A stretch of 64,000 bases of DNA, from positions 32,001 to 96,000 of the IMG/VR virus record IMGVR_UViG_3300008117_004020; one strand, written 5' to 3'. How positions within the stretch are numbered: the first letter of the stretch is position 1; the number at the start of each line of letters is the position of its first letter. Position numbers and translations under genes: made by a program. Of the stretch, positions 1 through 8,521 are shown piece after piece. The DNA is from a virus. The notes below the pieces were generated by a model. It saw nothing but the letters and a program-made list of their open reading frames with translations, searched no databases and was not told the origin of the DNA.

Positions 1-165
1 AGGGTTAAGACTCATTATAGTGGATGGGCAACAGTAGTTAGTGTGGGATGTTATAATGGAACTATGGTTAGACTTAAATGTGACAACCCCAAGTGGGCTT
101 GTCCATACTTCTATGAGAGTGAGATAGACCTTAAGCAAACCATTTCGTTGACATCACCAATATGA
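1..165 (+). CDS. Partial hypothetical protein (3' end)
   Basis: Frame 1 is open from the window edge (RVKTHYSGW...SPI) to TGA at 163-165. Confidence 0.6.
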   Translation, partial: RVKTHYSGWATVVSVGCYNGTMVRLKCDNPKWACPYFYESEIDLKQTISLTSPI

Positions 166-177
166 TAAATTTATAAT

Positions 178-405
178 ATGATAGAAGCATCAGATATGAT
201 TACAGCAGAGGATAAAGCCAAAGAGCTAGTAAAATACTTTACAGATAACATCATGTCATTCTTAAACGACAGGATGAAGGATATGAATGCTAAGATGTGT
301 GCTACTAAAGTGGTAGATGAACTACTACATTATTCTAAACAACATGGATTCATAGGGCTGACTGAGTTCTATGAGGAAGTTAAAACTGAAATAAAAAAAC
401 TTTAA
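178..405 (+). CDS. Hypothetical phage protein
   Basis: ORF in a tightly packed + strand array; A-rich start context. Confidence 0.7.
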   Translation: MIEASDMITAEDKAKELVKYFTDNIMSFLNDRMKDMNAKMCATKVVDELLHYSKQHGFIGLTEFYEEVKTEIKKL

Positions 406-417
406 ACAACCTAAACA

Positions 418-651
418 ATGACAGCAGTAGAATGGTTAATTGACGAGTTGAGTAAACCACAATACCCACATGATTTGCGTAAAATTTGCAACCAAGCCCT
501 TGAAATGGAGAAGCAGCAGATGGAAATATCAGATGAAGAAATAGAGAAAGCAGCAAAAGAATATATTATAAAATTCAATCTTGATGTTCAATTTTATACA
601 TTTATAGATGGAGCAAAATGGTATCGTGAACAATTAAAACAAAGGAAATGA
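418..651 (+). CDS. Hypothetical protein (TAVEWL-type small Bacteroidota phage protein)
   Basis: MTAVEWL N-terminus and FIDGAKWYREQL C-terminus, recurring in small Bacteroidota phage ORFs (from recollection). Confidence 0.7.
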   Translation: MTAVEWLIDELSKPQYPHDLRKICNQALEMEKQQMEISDEEIEKAAKEYIIKFNLDVQFYTFIDGAKWYREQLKQRK

Positions 652-773
652 CAGCATTTATAAAGTTTATGATTGGGTTTGCAGCTGTAATAGTTGTAAT
701 AGGATCTATAGACATGATAGTACAATTATTTATAAAAAATAAAAAGGATGAAAACAAAGAAACACAACTATGA
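648..773 (+). CDS. Small membrane protein, 41 aa (not in ORF track)
   Basis: ATGA overlap with the upstream stop; MTAFIKFMIGFAAVIVVIGSIDMIVQLFIK hydrophobic helix. Confidence 0.55.
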   Translation: MTAFIKFMIGFAAVIVVIGSIDMIVQLFIKNKKDENKETQL

Positions 774-1002
774 TCTAACTATCTACAATGGTAGAGTCAA
801 AGTTTACATTGATGGTTATGTAGCATTTACATTCAATCAAATAGATTTTAAGGGGTATTATGCCTATAAGGATGACACAGACTTATATGGGCTAGATATA
901 TACCTTATGAATGAGAAAGGGGGTGCTACAACCATGGAAGTATATTTTAAAACAAAAGAGAACTGGTTAAACGTTCTTAAAATATTAGATCAAAAACTAT
1001 GA
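748..1002 (+). CDS. Hypothetical protein
   Basis: ORF track; overlaps neighbours. Confidence 0.65.
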   Translation: MKTKKHNYDLTIYNGRVKVYIDGYVAFTFNQIDFKGYYAYKDDTDLYGLDIYLMNEKGGATTMEVYFKTKENWLNVLKILDQKL

Positions 1003-1187
1003 CAATAATTGACCCACCATCAGGATGGAAATATGGGTTTCCTAAACCCATTCCTGAAGACAGAAAGAAAGATAGTACTGTGTGGCTAGTAGAACAAGGC
1101 TATCCACAAAGTCTTATAGATGAACTGGGTGAATACTTTCACTGCAGATACTGGGAACAATCAGAAGATAACACTGAAAATCAATAA
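999..1187 (+). CDS. Hypothetical phage protein (DPPSGWKYGFPK motif)
   Basis: Motif recalled from many phages; ATGA overlap. Confidence 0.7.
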   Translation: MTIIDPPSGWKYGFPKPIPEDRKKDSTVWLVEQGYPQSLIDELGEYFHCRYWEQSEDNTENQ

Positions 1188-1190
1188 GTT

Positions 1191-1421
1191 ATGACAGAAC
1201 AAGATCTTATAAACATTGGGTTTGAACAAGAACCCACAGATGATGGTGATTACTATTATTCCTTTAGTATAGGAGATTTAAGATTGATCACTAATCAATG
1301 TAAATCAGAAACACCTAATGATGAATGGTCTGTAGATATATTTGATAATGATACATTCAAATTTACTAATATATTGGATGTAATGGAACTAATAAGTATA
1401 TTAGAAAGAAACAAAAAATAG
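1191..1421 (+). CDS. Hypothetical protein
   Basis: ORF track; 3-nt spacing to neighbours. Confidence 0.7.
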   Translation: MTEQDLINIGFEQEPTDDGDYYYSFSIGDLRLITNQCKSETPNDEWSVDIFDNDTFKFTNILDVMELISILERNKK

Positions 1422-1424
1422 ATT

Positions 1425-1841
1425 ATGAGCCATCCTTACCACCACAGTATTTCATCTGCTAGAAAATATGGAGGCAGATGGGAAGATTATATAAAAATTC
1501 ATGATTTTTTTGATGAAACAAAGGCACACTTTCCAGACATGCGACATAGAGCCCTCAGACACCATGCTGAGGGTATTTTTTGGTGTGAACAGCAGTTTGG
1601 AACAGTAATTACCAATTCAGATGGTAAAGAGGTACCTGTAAGATTTATAGGAGAACAGCATTTAATGGAGGATATAGGATTTATCCCCACTATTGCTGAT
1701 TATCTCAAAGAGATGAACCAGGCAGGCTGGATGTATAAACCTGGAGAAGGTAGAAAATTATTAAAAGAAATTAAAGAACAAAAATTAGACTATGTCAGAG
1801 AAAAATCAACAACAGACTGGGTCGAACCTCACATTGGTTGA
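1425..1841 (+). CDS. His-rich protein, DUF6915-like
   Basis: HPYHHSISSARKYGG..EDY..IHDFFD, RHRALRHH, EQHLMED motifs. Confidence 0.7.
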   Translation: MSHPYHHSISSARKYGGRWEDYIKIHDFFDETKAHFPDMRHRALRHHAEGIFWCEQQFGTVITNSDGKEVPVRFIGEQHLMEDIGFIPTIADYLKEMNQAGWMYKPGEGRKLLKEIKEQKLDYVREKSTTDWVEPHIG

Positions 1842-2490
1842 GTGGTGTGACCAACAAGTAAAAGATGGTAAAGAACTTATGATTAGATGGGATGGTGGAG
1901 GAGATTCAGGTTGGGTTTATTTTGAAATAGATGGAGACACTGTAGAAAATGAGTATACAGAAATGCTTATAGATCATATGTATTCCACTTTAGACTATGG
2001 ATCATGGGCAGGAGAGTTTCATGCTAGTGGTTCAGCTATATATAGTATGGAAGAAAAAGCTTTTGTAGGCACAGACTTTTACAATGAAGACAGCACTATA
2101 AGCTGGAAGGTAAATGCAGAAATCAGAATACCTAAACGCATATGGTTTGATGACTTCCGTTTCTTTATAGATGGCTATGAAGAACCTACAGCTGACTTTG
2201 ACTTCTTTATAAAAAATGGCTTTAGAACTCCAGAACATGATGAGATTCTTAAAGACTTAAATAGCAAAATGAATGTAGTTATAGATGATGCTATTGATGA
2301 CTTTAAAAAATATAATGAGTTTAGAAGCCTTTATGAAAGTGTAAGTATATCCAGATCAGAGTTTGTAGAAGATGGAGATGATATAGTGTATAAAGTGGAA
2401 CATCTTGAAATGGGTACTACACATGGGAATGATAATGACATCTATTTAAATGTAGAAGATATTGATAATCATAGAATAAAAGAATCATGA
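1792..2490 (+). CDS. Acidic protein, DUF6878-like N-terminus
   Basis: WDGGGDSG motif; adjacent to the DUF6915-like gene. Confidence 0.55.
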   Translation: MSEKNQQQTGSNLTLVEWCDQQVKDGKELMIRWDGGGDSGWVYFEIDGDTVENEYTEMLIDHMYSTLDYGSWAGEFHASGSAIYSMEEKAFVGTDFYNEDSTISWKVNAEIRIPKRIWFDDFRFFIDGYEEPTADFDFFIKNGFRTPEHDEILKDLNSKMNVVIDDAIDDFKKYNEFRSLYESVSISRSEFVEDGDDIVYKVEHLEMGTTHGNDNDIYLNVEDIDNHRIKES

Positions 2491-3052
2491 ATTACGCAGA
2501 TTATACATATTTAGTGAATGGTGTGTCAGGCTTTGACCTGACCACCGCTCTTAGACTATGGAAGACTAAGTATGCTGAAGACTATAGAGATTTTCAAAAG
2601 GATGTTATCACCAATGTTAGCTTGAATGACTTTGATCAGTTTGTACAAGAATGTTGGAATAAGATAAAACATGTCACTGTACAAGAAGCTCTTCAAGTGG
2701 AAAATACAGAAGAAAGAAGAGCATACTTTGATGCTATAGGTATAGAAAAATTGTTTAAGTCATTGGATCCCAAGCTGTTAGATAAACAAGTGATTAATAA
2801 AAAGCGCACTAAATGGGATGATGCTAATGATCCTATAGAATATGATGGTCTAGTGATGAAAAAGAAAGGACTAAACCAGATGCTATCAGAGCTATAGCTT
2901 GGACTATTAGACTAGATGTAGAAGACCCTGAAAGAATCTACAGACAAGGTGATATTATTGTAGCTAAAATTGGTAGAAAAACCACTGAATATAGCTTCTT
3001 TAGACATCTTGACAAGGATAAATATCTTAAATTAATGTATTCAGAAACCTAA
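2487..3052 (+). pseudogene. DUF6745-like gene disrupted by a frameshift/deletion near 2845
   Basis: Frame A (2487-~2845) has ENTEERRAYFDAIGIEK; a different frame from 2846 to TAA 3050-3052 reads WSSDEKERTKPDAIRAIAWTIRLDVEDPERIYRQGDIIVAK...YSET. Confidence 0.6.
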
Positions 3053-3055
3053 ATT

Positions 3056-3223
3056 ATGGAAAATTTAAGAGAACTACTTATTGATAAAATTATAGAATAC
3101 TCAGGTGAAGAATTTGAAGATAAAGCATCTCTAATTGATTTAGCTAAAGAATCAGATAATTCATTGATTACTAGAGTAATAACTCTTTTAGATTGGTATC
3201 ATGAACAATATAATCAAAGTTAA
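3056..3223 (+). CDS. Hypothetical protein, 55 aa (not in ORF track)
   Basis: MENLRELLIDKII...YNQS; fills the gap with 3-nt spacers on both sides. Confidence 0.7.
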   Translation: MENLRELLIDKIIEYSGEEFEDKASLIDLAKESDNSLITRVITLLDWYHEQYNQS

Positions 3224-3226
3224 AGT

Positions 3227-3691
3227 ATGAATACAGAAGTTATAGGTTACGTAGGAGTTGATTCAGGTCAACTCCTACTATGTGACCCATGTTATATAGA
3301 CAGTGAATGGGAGAAAGAAGAGTTCCGAGATATCAGAGTATATGAACACAAGACTACTAAGGATAAACTAACCTTTGGTAAAGACTTTGCTAACTATGAA
3401 CAAGTCATAGATAGGTATAACAAAACTATGAATGAATTAAACGCTACAGGAGATTGGGAAGAAGCACCTAGACCATATGCTGAACATGGGTTTAGTTATA
3501 ATGCTTGTGCTCAAGCTACTCTATCTGATAGAGGACATGGTGGACTAAGATTTAAGATGGGACATCTAGGTGTAGGTGTAGCATTTACAACAGCATTTGG
3601 AGATGGTATGTATCCAGTAGTAGCCCATTATTTAGATGATGGTACATTAAAAAGTGTTGAGGTAATATTTCAAGATGACGAAGAAATTTAA
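3227..3691 (+). CDS. DUF4241-like protein
   Basis: GVDSGQLLLCDP and TAFGDGMYPV motifs. Confidence 0.55.
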   Translation: MNTEVIGYVGVDSGQLLLCDPCYIDSEWEKEEFRDIRVYEHKTTKDKLTFGKDFANYEQVIDRYNKTMNELNATGDWEEAPRPYAEHGFSYNACAQATLSDRGHGGLRFKMGHLGVGVAFTTAFGDGMYPVVAHYLDDGTLKSVEVIFQDDEEI

Positions 3692-3710
3692 TAACTTTAA
3701 ACAAAAAAAA

Positions 3711-4025
3711 ATGGCAAAAAGAGGTAGACCTAAAAAGATACAGTCTGATAATCAAGCTAAGACTGAATTACAAATGCTTCATACTGTTAGAACTACAGAA
3801 CGACACATTCTTTATAAAGATTTAGCTAATTTAAGAACTGGTATACTTAGTGCTCTTCAGCATGTAAGTGACATGGATAATTCTAGAGAATTAGCTGATG
3901 CAGCATTTAAAGCTGGTAGAGCATATGAACATTTAAATAAAGCTTCTGATCAATTAGAAGAAATGTTAGAGAGCATGTATGAAGCTAATGACTTTGATCA
4001 CTATGATGATTTAGGAGATAATTAA
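3711..4025 (+). CDS. AT-hook-containing protein
   Basis: Probable start ATG 3711 after a poly-A run; MAKRGRPKK AT-hook. Confidence 0.6.
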   Translation: MAKRGRPKKIQSDNQAKTELQMLHTVRTTERHILYKDLANLRTGILSALQHVSDMDNSRELADAAFKAGRAYEHLNKASDQLEEMLESMYEANDFDHYDDLGDN

Positions 4026-4026
4026 T

Positions 4027-4248
4027 ATGAAAAAACTATTGTTAATCATCCTTATTTTTAGTATATTTGGATGCAGTAAAGAAGCTCCCAGATGTGGAGT
4101 GATAGTGGCAATTCCTCCTCCATATGTGTTTACAGATACTGCATGGTATTCTGTAGCAATAATAAATGATGAGGGTTATACAGATTGGTTAAGAGTTGAT
4201 AGTGCTTATTATTTAACTTTAACAGAAGGAATGTACATTTGTAAATAA
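4027..4248 (+). CDS. Putative lipoprotein
   Basis: MKKLLLIILIFSIFGC signal peptide with lipobox-like Cys. Confidence 0.65.
   Translation: MKKLLLIILIFSIFGCSKEAPRCGVIVAIPPPYVFTDTAWYSVAIINDEGYTDWLRVDSAYYLTLTEGMYICK
4234..4241 (+). promoter_or_regulatory. Bacteroidota sigma70-type -7 box (TAnnTTTG)
   Basis: TACATTTG 13 nt upstream of ATG 4255. Confidence 0.45.
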
Positions 4249-4254
4249 AATAAT

Positions 4255-4500
4255 ATGAAAAAAGCTAAACGCATTGTGCTTGGTGAAGGAGAAATCATTG
4301 GGCACAAACACATTCTAGAGTCTAATAAAGACATAGAATATTCTGAAGATCAGAATGGTATTACATTCATGCTGAAGTCCATGGGTATTCTTACACATGA
4401 TGAACATGCTAAGATGGTGTTTCCTAAAGGGAAATATAGATCTTACAATCAAGTGGAGTTTAATCCTTTTGATAATACAGTAAATAGAGTGTTTGACTAA
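4255..4500 (+). CDS. Small His-motif protein, typical partner of DUF6745
   Basis: LGEGEIIGHKH ... LTHDEH...GKY...QVEF...VFD. Confidence 0.6.
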   Translation: MKKAKRIVLGEGEIIGHKHILESNKDIEYSEDQNGITFMLKSMGILTHDEHAKMVFPKGKYRSYNQVEFNPFDNTVNRVFD

Positions 4501-5612
4501 TGAGTAAAAGAGATCAAGTCCAGAATGAAGCTTTAGAAAAAGCATTGAAACATAGCAGATGTGGACTAGGCATCAGTATGGGCGTTGGTAAAACTCTCAT
4601 AGGATTAAAGTATATTGATCATTTACAAGGACACAATATGGGTATGCTTAGGGTGCTAGTAGTAGCCCCTAAGCTGTCCATATTTGATTCTTGGAAAGAT
4701 GACGCTGCTAAGTTTGGTATAAATATAGACAGGATAACCTTCACTACATATCTATCCCTAAATAAACTCAGTCCTAAAGATTATGAGATAATAGTTCTTG
4801 ACGAGTGTCATAGCCTATTATACTCACATAAAGAGTTTTTGGATGAGTTTGAGGGAAGAATACTTGGTTTGACAGGTACACCACCCAGGTTCAATAACTC
4901 TGAGAAAGGGGAGATGGTGCAAAGATTTTGTCCCATCATATATAAGTATATCACTGATGAGGCTGTAGAGGCTAATATTCTTAATGACTACCATATAGTG
5001 GTTCATTTATTGAATCTGAGCCCACACAAGACTATACCAATGGAATTCAAAGGAAAGCGTTGGAAAACATCAGAAATAGAGTCTTATTATTATTGGACAA
5101 ATAGAGTGAATGAGTCTTCTACAGCTAAACAAAAGCAGATTAATAGCATTATGAGGATGAAAACTCTAATGAATTTTGTCACCAAAGAAACTTATACGCT
5201 AAAACTCCTTTCTAATATTGAGGAAAAATGTATAGTGTTTGCTAATACACAGGACCAAGCTGATAAGCTATGCAACTATTCATATCATTCAGGTAATCCT
5301 GACTCAGAAGAAAACTTAGAAATGTTTAAGAAAGGTAATATCACTCAGCTCAGCTGTGTACTACAGCTTAATGAGGGTGTAAACATACCCAATCTTAAAG
5401 AAGGGATTATCATGCATGCTTATGGTAATGAGCGTAAAAGTAGTCAGCGTATAGGTAGGCTATTAAGACTTAATCCTGATGATAAGGCTACTGTCCATGT
5501 ATTATGTTATGCTGGCACTATAGATGAATCTTGGACAAAGTCTGCCTTAAAAGATTTTGACCAGTCTAAGATTACATACATTAAAGAGAATGAACAAATC
5601 TTAAAATTATGA
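4500..5612 (+). CDS. Superfamily 2 (DExH) helicase
   Basis: MGVGKT, DECH, LTGT, QRIGRLLR motifs. Confidence 0.9.
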   Translation: MSKRDQVQNEALEKALKHSRCGLGISMGVGKTLIGLKYIDHLQGHNMGMLRVLVVAPKLSIFDSWKDDAAKFGINIDRITFTTYLSLNKLSPKDYEIIVLDECHSLLYSHKEFLDEFEGRILGLTGTPPRFNNSEKGEMVQRFCPIIYKYITDEAVEANILNDYHIVVHLLNLSPHKTIPMEFKGKRWKTSEIESYYYWTNRVNESSTAKQKQINSIMRMKTLMNFVTKETYTLKLLSNIEEKCIVFANTQDQADKLCNYSYHSGNPDSEENLEMFKKGNITQLSCVLQLNEGVNIPNLKEGIIMHAYGNERKSSQRIGRLLRLNPDDKATVHVLCYAGTIDESWTKSALKDFDQSKITYIKENEQILKL

Positions 5613-6001
5613 AAGCATACACAGGAATGCTCAGAAAATCAGGAGATCTGTTAGAATATGCGTCTAAAAAAGATGAAACAGGGTATAATATGTTTAGAGA
5701 CCATCTCTCTGAGGGAACCCTTGTGGAGATTTATATGGACATACAAACAGATGATGGGTCACTAGCACAATTAGCTAAAATTCATGCTATGATTAGACAG
5801 CTGTCCTCACATACAGGTGATAGCTTTGAAGATATGAAGCTGATTATTAAAAAGAGAGCTGGACTATGTATAGAGAAAGAACTAGATGGGAGCAGATTCC
5901 TTTATTGTAAAAGTCTAGGAAAGTGTAATAAAGAAGAACTGTCGCATGTTATTCAGGCGATTCAGGAGATATCTCTTGTTCTGGAATATCCTCTTCAATA
6001 G
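5609..6001 (+). CDS. NinB-like/hypothetical protein
   Basis: SLAQLAKIHAMIRQLS..TG...KS....KEEL pattern. Confidence 0.45.
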   Translation: MKAYTGMLRKSGDLLEYASKKDETGYNMFRDHLSEGTLVEIYMDIQTDDGSLAQLAKIHAMIRQLSSHTGDSFEDMKLIIKKRAGLCIEKELDGSRFLYCKSLGKCNKEELSHVIQAIQEISLVLEYPLQ

Positions 6002-6251
6002 TAAATCCTTGTTCTTTAGCGTTTTTCTCAATATTTGTAACTAGTACTAACATAGTGTACATAGCTCTTTCCCAGTCATTTAAATCATCCATATTAAACT
6101 CTGGGGACTCTATCTTCTTTAAGATGTCTGCTGTACTCTCAGGAGGCTGCATCATCCCTAAAAATACTGTTACATATTGTAGATCCATTAAGAATTGATT
6201 ACCAATCTTAATGTCTATAATAGCGCCTCCTTTAATAGTTTCAATTTTCAT
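5949..6251 (-). CDS. Hypothetical protein (isolated minus-strand gene)
   Basis: 100-aa ORF filling a gap with no comparable + strand ORF. Confidence 0.65.
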   Translation of the reverse strand: MKIETIKGGAIIDIKIGNQFLMDLQYVTVFLGMMQPPESTADILKKIESPEFNMDDLNDWERAMYTMLVLVTNIEKNAKEQGFTIEEDIPEQEISPESPE

Positions 6252-6263
6252 ATATAATAATTT

Positions 6264-6974
6264 ATGACAGATACAAATATAAGCATTATTACAGACACAA
6301 AAGAAAAAATCATTGCGAAGTTGACACCATCAGGATGGGCTGACAAGCTTAGAATGTTTCTTAAGGGAGAAGAAATGAATATACTATTAGAGAAGCTTTT
6401 AACAGAGTCTCAGGAAGGTAGACATTTTACTCCTACATTAAAAGATGTATTTGCAGCATTTGAAAAGTGTCCATTTGACAAAACTAAGGTGGTACTAATG
6501 GGACAAGATCCCTATCCTTATTTAGGAGTGGCTGATGGACTAGCATTCTCATGCAGTAAGACAGGCAAAATACAGCCTAGTTTGCGCTATATATTCAAAG
6601 CGCTTGAGAATCAGACTGGTGTAGAGCAAACCAACCCAGACTTGACTAGATGGGCAGAACAAGGCGTATTAATGCTTAATACAGCTCTTACATGTCAAAT
6701 AGATAAAGTGGGGTCTCATTATGATATATGGAAAGATTTTCTATTTATGGTGATTGATGCCTTAAATTATCATAGTGAGGGAACAATATATGTTCTAATG
6801 GGTAAGCAAGCTCATTCTTTTGGGTCTTATATTACACCAACAAGTCCTATTATAAAAATATCCCATCCAGCTTCAGCAGCATATGCTAAAGCTAATGAAT
6901 GGGATTGTGATGATTGTTTTAATAAGGTGAATCAAACATTGATGATTCAAAGAAGACAGCCTATAAACTGGTAG
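6264..6974 (+). CDS. ung: Family 1 uracil-DNA glycosylase
   Basis: GQDPYP, GLAFS, WAEQGVLMLN, HPAS motifs. Confidence 0.92.
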   Translation: MTDTNISIITDTKEKIIAKLTPSGWADKLRMFLKGEEMNILLEKLLTESQEGRHFTPTLKDVFAAFEKCPFDKTKVVLMGQDPYPYLGVADGLAFSCSKTGKIQPSLRYIFKALENQTGVEQTNPDLTRWAEQGVLMLNTALTCQIDKVGSHYDIWKDFLFMVIDALNYHSEGTIYVLMGKQAHSFGSYITPTSPIIKISHPASAAYAKANEWDCDDCFNKVNQTLMIQRRQPINW

Positions 6975-6975
6975 T

Positions 6976-7008
6976 AAAAAGGCCCCTTAAGTGGGGCCTA
7001 TATTTTTT
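6976..7008 (+). terminator. Rho-independent terminator, possibly bidirectional
   Basis: AAAAA-GGCCCC-TTAAGT-GGGGCC followed by a T-rich tail. Confidence 0.75.
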
Positions 7009-7131
7009 CTAGTTAAAGATATTTCAACTTCTGTACTACTTAACTGGCTTAACTGAGTTAACTAGGATTATTCTTAGTTAAGCTAGTTAACCTAGTTAAG
7101 CAGTTTAGGTATGGATTATACGTTAACTAGA
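7008..7131. repeat. Long imperfect palindrome with 9-bp periodic TTAACT repeats
   Basis: TTAACT at 7040/7049/7058, AGTTAA at 7076/7085/7094; outer TCTAGTTAA (7008) and TTAACTAGA (7123) share the same axis. Confidence 0.85.
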
Positions 7132-7132
7132 C

Positions 7133-7255
7133 TTATCTTCCTTGTCCTCTATATTTAGAGACTTTCTTACATTTTGGTCCACTAGATTTAGAAGCTTTAC
7201 CTCCTTTGCGCTTACCAAATGTAACCTTATTAGCTCCAGAAATTGATTTTGCCAT
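7133..7255 (-). CDS. Small basic protein ending YRGQGR, 40 aa (not in ORF track)
   Basis: MAKSISGANKVTFGKRKGGKASKSSGPKCKKVSKYRGQGR; this C-terminus is recalled from many phages. Confidence 0.8.
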   Translation of the reverse strand: MAKSISGANKVTFGKRKGGKASKSSGPKCKKVSKYRGQGR

Positions 7256-7267
7256 TGGTTATATAAT

Positions 7268-7873
7268 TTAATTTGTACAATCGTTACAATCTATCTTTTG
7301 AATAGCTGGGTATGTGGGATCTCCTTGAGGATAAGGAAAAAATGAAAATAACTGCCAACAACCATTAAATCCTGGTGTTGGGTAGTCAGGTATTAAAAAG
7401 ACATTATTTGATGATATACCTGTAAGAGATACAGTGGATGATATTGAAAATGTTGTACTTACAAAAGGGTCTATTGTTTGACCATTACAACCTAAAAATA
7501 TAGCATCAGCTCCATAATAATATATAGAAGGAGGTGCTTCTGTAGTGGTTGTAGTTGTTGTCTCACAATATTTTTGTTGACAGCAGATATCCACTGGTAT
7601 TTCTTTCCAACATCCTATTTCAGGAGGACAATAAGGGGTGATAAGCATACTTCCTGGAACTACATGACCATCATTAGCAAACCTAATATAAGCATGTTTG
7701 TCCCCATTAGCTACACAATCGCAGTCAGGTTCACAACATATGCTCTCTGTTACTTCCACCCATACACCACCATCTTTAGGGTGATTTCTAGCTATAATAA
7801 GACTACCAGAGACTAGTTTACCTTGCTTTGTGTATTTAACAAAGGCGTGTTGATATTTACGTTCTTTCTCCAT
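7268..7873 (-). CDS. Cys-rich protein with two anchor-repeat domains and a Thr linker
   Basis: Two copies of AFVKYTK.GK.V.GS...W.E....CC; TTTTTTT. Confidence 0.75.
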   Translation of the reverse strand: MEKERKYQHAFVKYTKQGKLVSGSLIIARNHPKDGGVWVEVTESICCEPDCDCVANGDKHAYIRFANDGHVVPGSMLITPYCPPEIGCWKEIPVDICCQQKYCETTTTTTTEAPPSIYYYGADAIFLGCNGQTIDPFVSTTFSISSTVSLTGISSNNVFLIPDYPTPGFNGCWQLFSFFPYPQGDPTYPAIQKIDCNDCTN

Positions 7874-7879
7874 TAACTA

Positions 7880-8509
7880 TTACGGGGTAGTAGTTGTAGT
7901 TGTTGTAGTTACATTAACATCATAACTCCAACCTTTTCCAAAAAGAACTGTAAGAGCAGTTAAACCAGCTGGACCAGGAACTGCATTAGTTCCTCCTGTA
8001 AGATCTACATATCCATTACTAATTGCATTATCAGCTAATGCTACAAGAATATTGTCCACTGCAGTTTGTGTCAAACCACAATCATATAAAATTATTGAAT
8101 CGCCATCACCTAAAGGTTGTGAACTTGATATAATCACTTCTGTTAATCCTGCATTACCATTAAGATCAAAACCTTTAAGCGCAGGTAGTCCTGATAAATC
8201 TACAGATCCTGATATATTAGATTGATCAACATCAAGCCAAATCAAATTATCAAGTCCTGAAAGATTAGGAAATCCTCCTGAAAAATCACTATCATCAAGA
8301 CGAAGTTGTTGAAGAGCTGTGCATCCTGATAAATTAACAGAAGTTAAGCTGTTAGTATTAGTGCCTGGAATATCACAGTCACTAATATCAACATTTATTA
8401 AATTAGGAAGATTTGATAAATTAACAGATTGAAAACCATTATAATCTATATTTATTGTTTGCAGATTTACAAGATTTTGCAAACCTGTTATTGATACTAT
8501 TTGTGCCAT
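7880..8509 (-). CDS. Leucine-rich-repeat protein
   Basis: Repeated LSNLPNLINVDIS / LSGCTALQQLRLD / LSGLPALKGFDL; ends in a Thr run. Confidence 0.8.
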   Translation of the reverse strand: MAQIVSITGLQNLVNLQTINIDYNGFQSVNLSNLPNLINVDISDCDIPGTNTNSLTSVNLSGCTALQQLRLDDSDFSGGFPNLSGLDNLIWLDVDQSNISGSVDLSGLPALKGFDLNGNAGLTEVIISSSQPLGDGDSIILYDCGLTQTAVDNILVALADNAISNGYVDLTGGTNAVPGPAGLTALTVLFGKGWSYDVNVTTTTTTTTP

Positions 8510-8521
8510 ATTTTTTTAAAT

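Noticed and set aside
7008-7131. CRISPR mini-array
   Set aside because: Repeats are 6-9 bp with 3-nt spacers and are inverted; no cas genes or repeat-spacer array seen
8510-8521. Slippery TTTAAAAAAA joining the PKD and LRR genes by frameshift
   Set aside because: It lies after the upstream stop codon and the genes are already in frame; more likely an A-rich translation initiation region
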